DNA of 64,000 nt. Source: Squalus acanthias. Its lineage: Eukaryota. This document shows, piece by piece, positions 1 through 10,850 of the stretch. The notes under the pieces were generated by a model. The model worked only from the letters and a program-made list of their open reading frames with translations, did no database searches and had not been told where the DNA came from. Position 1 is the stretch's first letter; the number at the start of each line of letters is the position of its first letter. The position numbers and the translations under genes are program-made. Location of the stretch: positions 88,848,001 through 88,912,000 of the forward strand of contig CM059432.1 in assembly GCA_030390025.1 (NCBI GenBank). Direction: 5' to 3'.

Positions 1-862
1 GGTGGGGGAGACATATAAGTTACTTAACTGCTTGTTAAGTGCTTGTTTACTACTATTTTGCCAGCCTTTTTCTATTTTTCCACATTTTTAACGGGGTTCA
101 CGTCGTTCGGAGAGCACGTCAGGTAAGTAGGTCGGGTTCTCTATGTCTCCCCATTGCTGTGAATAGGTGACAGCTGCAAAAGTGGTATGAAAGCTACCAT
201 TTCAGAGCTGTTCACTTTCCAATGTCAGAAGCTTGAGCCTTCAGGACTTTGAAAACACTTTTGAGCTGTATGCAGTTTGGAAGTGTTTGGAGGAAACTTT
301 CTATCCACTGTCACCTCCTTGGAGCAACCTCTCTCACCATTGACAGATCGCTTCTGTCATCTCAACTTCAGCTGCCATCTATTCCAGCAACATTGGTGCC
401 CTTGAGAAAATCTCACCTTGGTCCTCTGAATCCCTCCACGATCAGCCCCAACACCAACATCACCAGGCACACCAATATCACCAACAACAATACCAATCTT
501 CTCCGCAATCACCTGATAGGGCACAAGGCATCAGCACCCGACAACATTGCTGCCCGGGAGGCCAGCGATGGCATCACCATGGCTAGATTTACTTCACTTG
601 ATACTGTACACCCTGGCTGCCACATGAAGCGCCAGGTTAACACCACCCCACACCATCACCATAAAGCATTCCTACAATGACCAAGCCATTTCTTTCACAC
701 TCCTCACCATTGCGGGGGATACCGTTATGTCTCACCATTCACTGCAACTCACTTAACAAGCCCCATTAATGGAAAATCCTTTTTACAGAATGGCTGCAGC
801 CGGGAATGGGACAGGAACCCGCCAACCACCGCGATCCCGCCTCCGCTGGCGAAATCGCGGCC
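1..862. mobile_element. Non-autonomous PIF/Harbinger deletion derivative (family B), left end outside window
   Basis: 1-245 matches the reverse complement of ~63470-63700 and resembles 45060-45260; 250-750 matches 45270-45780; 755-862 is the reverse complement of the 60407 terminus and ends in the TIR GCTGGCGAAATCGCGGCC. Confidence 0.8.
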
Positions 863-1492
863 GACGAGTCCGAAGCTCTGGAGACACCAGGTACTTTAGG
901 ATTTTTTTTTCGGTTTGGAGGCATATTCTTCTGGTACGCCTCCGACCACAAATTCAGGGCCATTGTTAATAGTGAGATATCCTGTGGGAGACGAAAATCT
1001 CTAAAGTGTCTTTGAATTAATTTGAAAATACTGTATCAGTGAGGACTTCCTTTACACTTACCTCCTGGATCCAGCATTCCTACCTCACCCACCCCCATGA
1101 TGCCTCCGCTCCCTTCCCTTCCCCCACCCCCCACCGGTGGGGAGGCGGGGGTGGTTAGAGGCATCGTGGGGGTGGGTGAGGCAGGAGTGCTGGATCCAGG
1201 AGGTAAGTGTAAAGGAAGTCCCCACCTTACTTCAGCTAGTGGGTTCTCCAAAGCCTGAGCCTGAGACACCGACCAGCCACAGTTAAATTTGAAATGCTGG
1301 TTAAATCTGAGGTACGTCAGCCTCATTATAATATTTAAATGAGCGACTTGCCTCCTGGGAGCGGGTTGGCCGCCTGCCCCCCGTCCACCTCCGTTAAAAC
1401 CGGAAGTAGGCGGGTTGGGGTCGGGATTCAGTTTTTTTAACACTTTAACCTCCCACCCAACCCCCCCGTTTTTGGGGTTAAAATTACCCCCC
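863..1492. mobile_element. GC-rich Harbinger-type MITE remnants containing a long internal hairpin
   Basis: TIR-like ends AAATTCAGGGCC (~961) and GTTAAAATTACCCCCC (~1492) resemble other MITE termini in the window; inverted arms at 1043-1106 and 1158-1221. Confidence 0.55.
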
Positions 1493-1828
1493 TAGAGTGT
1501 GTAGTGGGGAGGTGCAATGGGCTAACAGGGAATATGAAAGAAGGCTAGCAGATAATATAAAATAAAATAGTAAGGGGTATTATAAGTAAATAAAAAGTAA
1601 AATAGGTGTCAGCCATGGCTCAGTGGTAGCACTCTCGCCTCTGAGTTAGAAAGTTGTGGGATTATGGTGGGGATTGGAGAATTGCTGATACAAGTCCCAT
1701 TTGAAGAAGAAAGAGGAAAATAAAATGGGTAACTATAGGCCAGTTAGTCTCACCTCAAACTCTGAGAATCCATAATTCAAAATCAAATTGATGAGCATTT
1801 AGAAATGCATAGGTTAATCAAAGACAGT

Positions 1829-3517
1829 TTGGGGTGCCCCACTGACACCCCACTGTAACTTGTGGGGTACCGCAAGGATCAGTGTTTGGGCCTCGGCTAT
1901 TTACAATCGATATTAATGACTTAGATGAAGGGACCGAGTGCAATGTATCCAAATTTGCTGATGATACAAAGCTAGGTGGGAAAGTAAGCTGAGAGGAGGA
2001 AACAAAGAGCTTGCAAAGGGATATAGACAGGTTAAGTGAGTGGGCAATAAGATGGCAGATGGAGTATAATGTGGGGAAATGTGAGGTTATTCACTTTGGT
2101 AGGAAGAATAGAAAAACAGAATATATTTTAAATGGTGAGAAACTATTCGGGGCAAAATTCGGTTGCTTTGCGCCTCCCGTTAGCACCCGAAGCAACTAGT
2201 GCCTGGGTGCGGTGCCGCTAATGCCACCCGCGAAATTCAGGTTGTCGGTAGCTGTAGGCGCCCCGCGGCGCTGCGACTCTGGCGATGATGTCATCGCCGT
2301 GTGCAGCACTCCGGCCGTAAACTTCGGTTGCGACAGGGTCAGGGGGGCGTACGTGCAGCCGGGGCAGCGATATTTGAAGGGGAGGTGCTGGGCAGCCATT
2401 TTTTTTGCTGGCCACCTGCCCCCTTTGCCCTCCTCCCGCGGGGTGCCGGCTGCGATTGGGCAGCCCGGCATTCCTCTTAAGTACCGGGCTCTTTTGCCGG
2501 CACATCGCTCCCTGGTGGCGCTGCTGGGCCCCGGTTCGCGGTGTGCAAGGCCCCTCCCCTTTAATAAGGGGAGGAAGGCTTGCATAACCGCAGCGCGATG
2601 TTCCAGTGCGCGTGACGCTGCAGCAAATAGCACCGCAATATTGAGCTGGAGTGCACCAAGAGGGATGGGGAGCGCTTCCAGTAGTGCCATGTCTCCTGCT
2701 TGGGGCGCTACCACTCAATTTCGGGCACGGGGGCACTATCTTTTTTGGGGCGTTAAAAGTAGCGCCCTGGCGAAGTTAGCGCCCCATAGGGGGCGCGACC
2801 CAATTTTTCCTTCATTAAATCTTGGTATTTAGAAAGATTTAGGTGTCCTTGTACAGGAAATACAGAGAGTTAACATGCAGGTACAGCAAGCAATTAGGAA
2901 GGAAAATGGCATGTTGGCATTTATTGCAAGGGAGTTGGTTTACAAGAGTAAGGAAGTCTTGCTACAATTGTATGTGGCTTTGGTGAAACCACACTTGGAG
3001 TACTGTGCACAGTTTTGGTCTCCTTATTTGAGGAGGGATATACTTGCCTTGGAGGCATTGCAACAAAGGTTCACTAGATTGATTCCTAGGTGAGAGAGTT
3101 GACTTATGAGGAGAGATTGAGTAGATTGGGTGTATACTCTCTGGGGTTTAGAAGAATGAGAGGTGATCTCATTGAAACATATAAGATTCTGAGGGGGATT
3201 GACAGGGTAGATGCTGGAGAGTCTAGAACTAGGGGGCATAGTCTCAGGATAATGGTTGGCCATTTAAGACTGAGATGAGGAGAAATTTCTTCACTCAGAG
3301 GTTTGTGAATCTTTGGAATTCTCTACTCCAAAGGGCTGTGGATGCTGAATCGTTGAGTATATTCAAGGCTGAGAGAGATAGATTTTTGGACTCTTTGGGA
3401 ATCGAGGGATATGGAGATCCGGCGGGAAAGTGGGTTGAGGTCGAAGATCAGCCATGATCTTATTGAATGGCGGAGCAGGCATGAGGCCTACTCCTGTTCC
3501 TAATTCTTATGTTCTTA
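1829..3517 (+). mobile_element. 5'-truncated CR1 LINE (RT C-terminus and 3' tail), interrupted by a MITE
   Basis: [14 protein letters not shown] coding sequence, ORFs 2011, 2875, 3090 and 3275, and the TTCTTATG-type tail at ~3503-3517. Confidence 0.92.
2148..2813. mobile_element. Harbinger-type MITE (family M1)
   Basis: 3-bp TSD ATT (2145-2147 / 2814-2816); imperfect TIRs; the CR1 rejoins across it; homologous to 39190-39920 and 58456-59150. Confidence 0.9.
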
Positions 3518-6219
3518 CAGCCAGCATAGATTTGTTAATGGCAAGTTATGTTTAATGAATTTAGTCGAGATTTTTGAAAATGTGACTGATTGGATAAAGG
3601 GAAAGCAGTAGATGTGTCATACATAGATTTTTAGAAGGTGTTCAATAAGGTGTTTTACTCAAAAGTCAACCAGTCTGGTTTATAGTTCACTGACTTTTCC
3701 ATCCAAGATGACTGCTAGCAGTTTGTTAGATAAATTCAGGCATGGTATGAAAGGAAATGTAGCAGCATAGATAGAAAGTTGGTAAAGGAGACCAAAAGAA
3801 TTAGGGTGAATGGGTGTTGCTCGGATTGTAAGAAGATTGGAAGTGGTGTACTCCAGTGGTAATTGTTGGCTCCACTTTTGTTCTTGCATATATATTTGGA
3901 CTTGTGCATAGGGAGCATGATATCAATATTTTCTGATGACATAAAAATAAGCAATAGTGTGGCAGGCTCTAAAAGACTCCAGAAGGCTGTCAGACTGGGC
4001 AGATAGGTGACAGATGCAATTGACTATGGATGTTTGAGGTAATATATTTTGGCAGAAAAGATATTGAAGGATGTGATTCCACATCTTGAGCAACCTAATC
4101 AGCGGTCCTTAAAGGGACCACTGGACACCGCTCATAAAAGACAGTGTCCAGTTATTTTGGACAAAGGGTGAAAACAGGCGCTGAATGAGTGCAGTGCTAA
4201 TAAGACTAGCCTGTTTGAAAATATGCATTTAGCACACAATTTTAGTCCGAATTGCTGATTACCATTATTTGAACTTACCTGGAGGTGCTAAACGGACACC
4301 GTGGCCTAGAAATTCAGCACCGTAGCACCCGATTTTTCGGCGCTACAGGTACCGTTTTGCGTCCAAATTGGTGTCCGCACCGCACACGCACACTTCTGGT
4401 GTGGGTCGCACCGGACGCCATTTTGGTGAGGTCGTTTGTGCCAGCACAGGGAGCATGCAGAGTATGCAGGTCATGACGTCAATCAGCGCGCAAAGCTGAT
4501 TTGATGCCAACGCTGCCATTTTCGACCTCAACACTGGAGCTAATGCCGTCTCTTAACTTTCCACAGCCGAACATGCGTTCAGCAGCACCAAGGACCCCCA
4601 CACCAGCGTTATTTAAAGGATTCATCAACTGCTTTCAGGTTAGTTGCTGATTGACTTTTACTGGCTCTAGTTGAGTTTGTAGAGGTGTTTCTTAGTTTGG
4701 TGTCTTATTTGATGTTGCTGAAGTCTCAACGGAGTGGTGTAGCAGGTTACTTCAAGGCTTCTGCTCGGAACAGTTGCTCCCAGACATGGGTGCTGTAGTT
4801 TGTATCCCCCTTGGCCTGCAGCATGATAAGGAAATTGAGCAGAGGTGACACAGAGGAGGACGAGATACTCGAAGAGGGAGGAGGAGGAGGAGAAGCACTC
4901 TCAGCAGGAGGTCATATCCACCCAGGGTCGTCAGAGAGCAATTCTCCTACCTCAACTTCAGCGAGGAATAGTGCATGCGACATCTCCGCTTCACTAAGGA
5001 GGTGCTCACTGAAATCTGCCACCTGTTGCAGGCAGACCTGCAGTCTCGGAGCAGGGCGAGAACGGCATTGCCACTGGTTGTGAAGGTGAGCGTTGCCATG
5101 AATATTTATACATCGGACTCCTTCCAGGCTGGAGCAGGAGACATTTGCAACATTTCACAGTTCGCGGTTCACTGTTGCATAAGGGAGGTCACCGAGGATA
5201 TGTTTGCAAAGAGAGGTGAATACATTTCATTCACGCTTGCCAGAGAGAAGCAGACAGACAGAGCGAACATGCGGCTTCAAAAGGATAGCAGGCTTCCCCA
5301 TGGTGCAGGGTGCCATTGACTGCACACATGTTGCTTTGTGGGCACCGGATGTGAACTCGGAGATGTACTGAAACCGGAAGGGATTCCACTCCCTCCATGT
5401 CCAGCTGGAGTGCGACCATACTCAGCACATCATGCAAGTCAATGCTCAGTATCCTGGCAGCAGCCATGATGCCTTCATTCTGCAGCAATCCGCTGTACCA
5501 TCTGTATTTGATCCACCATGATAAACCAGAGGTTGACTACTGGGTGACCACATGGCTCATGCAACCCAAGTACACATGGGCAGCATGCATATTTTTTTTT
5601 ACTATTCGCTTATGGGCAAGGCCAGCATTTATTGCCCATCCCTAGTTGCCCTTGAGAAGGTGGTGGTGAGCCGCCTTCTTGAACCGCTGCAGTCCGTGTG
5701 GTGAAGGTACTCCCACAGTGCTGTTAGGGAGGGAGTTCCACGATTTTGACCCAGCGACGATGAAGGATCGGCGCTATACTTCTAAGTCAGGATGGTGTGT
5801 GACTTGGAGGGGAACTTGGAGGTGGTGGTGTTCCTATGCGCCTGCTGCCCTTGTCCTTCTAGGTGGAAGAGGTCGTGGGTTTGGAAGGCACTGCCGAAGA
5901 AGCCTTGGCGAGTTGCTGCAGGGCATCTTGTAGATGGTACACACTGCAACCACGGTATGCAGCGGTAAACCACGGTGGAAGGAGTGAATGTTTAAGGTGG
6001 TAGAAGGGGTGCCAATCAAACGGGTTGCTTTGTCCTGGATGGTGTCGAGCTTCTTGAGTGTTGTTGAAGCTGCACTCATCCAGGCAAGTGGAGAGTATTC
6101 CATCACACTCCTTACTTGTGCCTTGTAGATGGTGGAAAGGCTTTGGGGAGTCGGGAGGTGAGACACTCACCACAGAATACCAAGCATCTGACTTGCTCTT
6201 GTTGCCACAGTATTTATGT

Positions 6220-6970
6220 CGACGTCGATGACAAAGTCCAACACCGCCTTCAGTGTGCCAGTGCAGCCTTCGGTCACCTGAGGAAGAGAGTGTTTGAAGA
6301 CGAGGACCTCAAACCCGGCACTAAGCTCATGGTCTACAGAGCAGCAGTGATACCTGTCCTGCTGTATGCCTCAGAGACATGGACCATGTACAGCAGGCAC
6401 CTCAAAGCACTGGAGAGGCACCACCAATGCTGCATCCGCAAAATCCTGCAAATCCATTGGCAGGATAGGCACACCCATGTCAGTGTTCTTGCTCAGGCCA
6501 ACATCCCCAGCATCGAAGCTTTGACCACGCTCGATCAGCTCCAATGGACGGGTCACATTGTCCACATGCCCGATACGAGACTCTCAAAACAAGCGCTCTA
6601 CTCGGAGCTCCGGCATGGCAAGAGAGCCCCAGGTGGGCAGAGGAAACGCTTCAAGGACACCCTCAAAGCCTCCTTGAAAAAGTGTAACATCCCCATCGAC
6701 ACCTGGGAATCCCTGGCCCAAGACTGCACAAAGTGGAGGAGAAGCATCCGGGAAGGCGCCGAACACCTCGAGTCTCTTCGCCGGGAGTAAGCGGAAGCCA
6801 AGCACAGGCAGCGCAAGGAGCGCACGTCAACCCAAGCACCTGCTCCTTCAACCACTGTCTGCCACACCTGTAGGTCCCGCATTGGACTCATCAGTCACCT
6901 GCGAATTCATTTTTAATGTGGAAGCAAGTCATCCTCGGTTCCGAGGGACTGCCTAAGAAGGGGGGAGAAG
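6220..6970 (+). mobile_element. 5'-truncated RTE (BovB-like) LINE
   Basis: ORF 6116 (TKLMVYRAAVIPVLLYASETWT, GGQRKRFKDTLK), C-terminal zinc-finger remnant, GACTGCCTAAGAAG tail; exact 8-bp TSD ATTTATGT (6212-6219 / 6971-6978). Confidence 0.93.
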
Positions 6971-9350
6971 ATTTATGTGGCTGGTCCAGTTAAGTTTCTG
7001 GTCAATGGTGACCCCCAGGATGTTGTTGGTGGGGGATTCAGCGATGGTAATGCCGTTGAATGTCAAGGGGAGCTGGTTAGACTCTCGCTTGTTGGAGATA
7101 GTCATTGCCTGACACTTCTGTGGCGCGAATGTTACCTGCCACTTATCAGCCCAAGCCTGAATGTCATCCCGGTCTTGTTGCATGCGGGCATGGACTGCTT
7201 CGTTATCTGAGGAGTTGTGAATGGCGCTGAACACTGTGCAGTCATCAGCAAACATCCCCATTTCTGACCTTATGTTGGAGGGACGGTCATTGATGAAGCA
7301 GCTGAAGATGATTGGGCCTAGGACACTGCCCTGAGGAACTCCTGCAGCGATGTCTTGGGGCTGTGATAATTGACCTTCAACCACCACCCTTTGTGCTAGG
7401 TATGACTCCAGCCAGTGGAGCGTTTTCCCCCTGATTCCCATTGACATCAGTTTTACTAGGGCTCCTTGATGCCACACTCGGTCAAATGCTGCCTTGATGT
7501 CAAGGGCAGTCACTCTCACCTCACCTCTGGAATTCAGCTCCTTTGTCCATGTTTGGACCAAGGCTGTAATGAGGTCGGGAGCCGAGTGGTCTTGGCGGAA
7601 CCCAAACTGGGCATCAGTGAGCAGGTTATTGGTGAGTAAGTGCCACTTGATAGCACTGTCGATGACACCTTCTATCACTTTGCTGATGATTGAGAGTAGA
7701 CTGATGGGGCGGTAATTGGCCAGGTTGGATTTGTCCTGCTTATTGTGGACATGACATACCTGGGCAGTTTTCCACATTGTCGGATAGATGCCAGTGTTGT
7801 AGCTGTACTGGAACAGCTTGACTAGAGGCACGGCTAGTTCTGGAGCATAAGTCTTCAGCACGATAGCCGGGATGTTGTCGGGACCCATAGCCTTTGGTGT
7901 ATCCAGTGTGCTCAGCCGTTTCTTGATATCACGTGGAGTGAATCGGCTGAAGACTGGCTTCTGTGATGGTGGGGACCTTGGGAGTAAGCTGATATGGATC
8001 ATCTACTCGGCACTACTGGCTGAAGGTGGTTGCAAACGCTTCAGCCTTGTCTTTTGCACTCACATGCTGGGCTCCACCATCATTGAGGATGGGGATATTC
8101 ATGGAGCCTCCTCCTTCCGTTAGTTGTTTAATGGTCCACCACCATTCACGACTGGATGTGGCAGGACTGCAGAGCTTTGATCTGATCTGTTGATTGTGGG
8201 ATCGCTTAGCCCTGTCTATAGCATGCTGCTTCCGCTTTTTAGCATGCATGTAGTCTTGTGTTGCAGCTTCCCCAGGTTGGCATCTCATTTTTAGGTACGC
8301 CTAGTGCTGCTTCCGGCATGCTCTTCTACACTCCTTATTGAACCAGGGTTGGTCCCCTGGCTTGATGATAATGGTAGAGTGAGGGATATGCCGGGCCATG
8401 AGCTTACATATTGTGGTGGAATACAATTCTGCTGCTGCCCCACAGTTCCTCATGGATGCCCAGTTCTGAATTATCCCATTGAACATGGTGGTAATGCTCC
8501 ACAACACAATGTGAAGACAGGACTTCATCTCCACAATGACTGTGCAATGGTCACTGCTACCAATGCTATCATGGACAGATGCATCTGCGACAGGTAGATT
8601 GGTGAGGACAAGGTCAAGTAGGTTTTTCCCTCGTGTTGGTTCTCTCACCACCTGTCACAGGCCCAGACTGGCAGTTATGTCCTTCAGTGGTGCTACCGAG
8701 CCGCTCTTGGTGATGGACATTGAAGTCCCCCACCCAGAGTACATTCTGTGCCCTTGCTACTCTCAGTGATTCTTCCAAGTGGTGTTCAACATGGAGGAGT
8801 ACTGATTCATCAGCTAAGGGAGGACGGTAGGTGCTAATCAGCAGGAGGTTTCCTTGCCCATGCTTAACCTGAAGCCATGAGACTTCCTGGGGTCCAGAGT
8901 CAATGCTCAGGATTCCCAGGGTATACCACTGTGCCGCCACCCCTGGGATGGTGATGGAGGAGTTTGGGACATTGGCTGAAAGGTATGATTCTGTGAGTGC
9001 AGCTCTCCCAATTTTGGCACAATCCCCCAGATGTTGGTGAGGAGGAGGATTTTGCAGGGTCTGCCATTGCCAAGGTAGATGCCAGGTGGTCCCTCCAGTT
9101 TCATTCTTATTATGTTTTGTAGCGGTTAGTTACAGCTGAGTGGCTTGCTAGGCCATTTCAGAGGGCAGTTAAGAGTCAATCACATTGCTGTGGGTCTGGA
9201 GTCACATATAGGGCAGACCGCCAGACCAGGTAAGGACGTTAGTGAACCAGATGGGTTTTTACGACAATCTGATAGTTACCATTACTGATGCTAGCTTTTT
9301 ATTCCAGATTTATTTAATTAACTGAATTTAAATTCCCCAGCTGCCGTGGT

Positions 9351-9426
9351 GGAATTTGAACTTGCGTCTCTGGATCATTAGCCCAGGCTTCTGGATTACT
9401 AGCGCAGTGATATTACCACTACGCTA
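9351..9426 (-). promoter_or_regulatory. RNA Pol III type-2 internal promoter (A and B boxes) at the LINE 5' end
   Basis: A box TAGCGTAGTGG (9416-9426) fits TRGCNNARYGG; B box GTTCAAATTCC (9351-9361) fits GTTCRANNC. Confidence 0.8.
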
Positions 9427-9653
9427 CCGTTCCCCTATAATGAAAGTTATGCTGCCATATGTAATGTGATCGAGCTGGCCATTGGGGTCCTTAAACAAAG
9501 TTTGGCTGCCTGGGCTGCTCTGGAGGAGCCCTGCAGTATTCACCAGAGCTCGTCTCAAGATTCGTCATGGTCTGCTGCATGCTGCACAACCTCGCCATCA
9601 TGAGGGCACATCCCTTGCCACCAGGTATACTGCGAAGAGCTAAGGAGGAAGAG

Positions 9654-10116
9654 AGAAAGAAAGACTTGCATTTATATAGTGCCTTTCACGACCACTGGAT
9701 GTCTCAAAGCACTTTACAGCCACTGAAGAACTTTTGAAGTGGAGTCACTGTTGCAATGTGGGAAACATGGCAGCCAATTTGCGCACAGCAAGCTCCCTCA
9801 AACAGCAATGTGATAATGACCAGATAATCTGCTTTTATTATGTTGGTTGAGGGATAAATATTGGCCAGGACACCGGGGAGAACTCCCCTGTTCTTCTTCA
9901 AAATAGTGCCATGGGATCTTTTACGTCCACTTGAGAGAGCAGACAGGGCCTCTGTTTAACATCTCATCTGAAAGACGGCACCTCCAACAGTGCAGCACTC
10001 CCTCAGCACTGCTCTGGAGTGTCAGCCTAGCTTTATGTGCTCAAGTCCCTGGAGTAGGACTTGAACCCACAACCTCCTGACTCAGAGGCGAGTGGGCTAC
10101 CAACTGAGCCACAGTT
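9654..10116 (-). mobile_element. tRNA-derived Deu-domain SINE (SacSINE1-like)
   Basis: Head TGGCTCAGTTGG...GGTTCAAGTCC, Deu-type core (GGACGTAAAAGATCCCATGGCACTATT), tail TATATAAATGCAAGTCTTTCTTT; GAAGAG on both sides. Confidence 0.85.
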
Positions 10117-10507
10117 GAAGAGGAAGAGGGGAAGGAAGAGGAGGAGGAAGAGGAATGGAAGAGGCAACCACGACAGCCCCTTTCTGGCCGGGCTGCCAGT
10201 GATTAACTGATACAACTGCGGTACCAGTGAAACCAACCCCAATTCCCCATTCACCCACAGTCCAACACCTTACCTTAACTCTGTTACTGACCATCGCAGC
10301 ATCCTCTTGGCCACAATGCTACAATAAAGGCCACCATTCACAAACAAACATTCCAAACCAATTTTATACATCAATCCATCTAAGATTACATAACAAAGTC
10401 AACTAATCACCCTTGTGCATTCCCTTAGTGCCTGTCTCCCATGTGGCTTTGACTATCCTAGTGCTCCTATGAAGTGCTAGCCCAGTGGCACTGATTTGAC
10501 ACCAGTG

Positions 10508-10657
10508 CAACATTCACTATAAGCTGCGCAGCCGCGCAGCTCTCTGCCAGTCCCGACCAGCTTTTTCAATGTAAAGTTTCACATGCGCGAAACTGAATGG
10601 GCTGCGCACCCACTTAAATGGGCCACGCACTCAAAAAAAAAATAAGAGGGAACATCG
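10508..10657. mobile_element. 150-bp hAT-type MITE
   Basis: Exact 8-bp TSD CACCAGTG (10500-10507 / 10658-10665); degenerate TIRs (CAACATTCACTATAAG ... AAGAGGGAACATCG). Confidence 0.75.
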
Positions 10658-10850
10658 CACCAGTGGTGCCATTTTGGAGCTCAATGCTTCAGCCAATGCC
10701 CTCTCTTAAGCTCGTACAGCTGAACACGCGTTCAGCAGCAGGAAGGACTCCCCACCAGCGATGTTAACGGGATCATCAACTACATACAGCTTAGTTGCTG
10801 GTTGATTGCTTCTGGCTGTTGGTAAAATTCTACAAGTGTTTGGTGCTTTC

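Larger units (their letters stand above)
1500..4080 (+). mobile_element. Old degenerate CR1 LINE (RT region), split by a SINE head (~1606-1660) and a younger CR1 (1829-3517)
   Basis: The NYRPVSLT-like segment (1731-1757) and TTAATCAAAGACAG at ~1828 continue as CAGCCAGCATAGATTTGTTAATGGC at 3518; degraded RT motifs extend to ~4080. Confidence 0.7.
5593..9435 (-). mobile_element. Full-span single-ORF (EN-RT) non-LTR retrotransposon of the CR1/L2 group with a tRNA-derived SINE-like 5' end
   Basis: APE endonuclease motifs (TYRPP, VGDFNVHH, LDLVLTN, SSDH) in ORFs 8614 and 8301; RT motifs ([35 protein letters not shown]) in ORF 6953; tail GGATGGGCAATAAATGCTGGCCTTGCC plus poly-A; TSD TAT (5590-5592 / 9436-9438). 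Confidence 0.9.
4786..10230 (+). pseudogene. HARBI1-like Harbinger DDE transposase, disrupted (4786-5592, 9439-9653, 10117-10230)
   Basis: Motifs [65 protein letters not shown] and an acidic tail; stops and frameshifts present. Confidence 0.9.
4303..10490 (+). mobile_element. PIF/Harbinger transposon family A, copy 1 (3'-truncated, with nested LINE, RTE and SINE)
   Basis: Starts GGCCTAGAAATTCAG like the 46913 copy; carries a transposase pseudogene, AATAAA at ~10324 and the 3' tip of the convergent Myb gene. Confidence 0.88.

Noticed and set aside
2196..2832. Overlapping 172-206 aa ORFs as novel genes (also 39264-39749)
   Set aside because: They are chance ORFs in GC-rich MITEs, and the frames are not preserved between copies.
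9345..9435. Bona fide tRNA gene
   Set aside because: It has A/B boxes but no clean cloverleaf or T-run terminator, and it is the 5' end of a retroelement; the same applies to the SINE heads.
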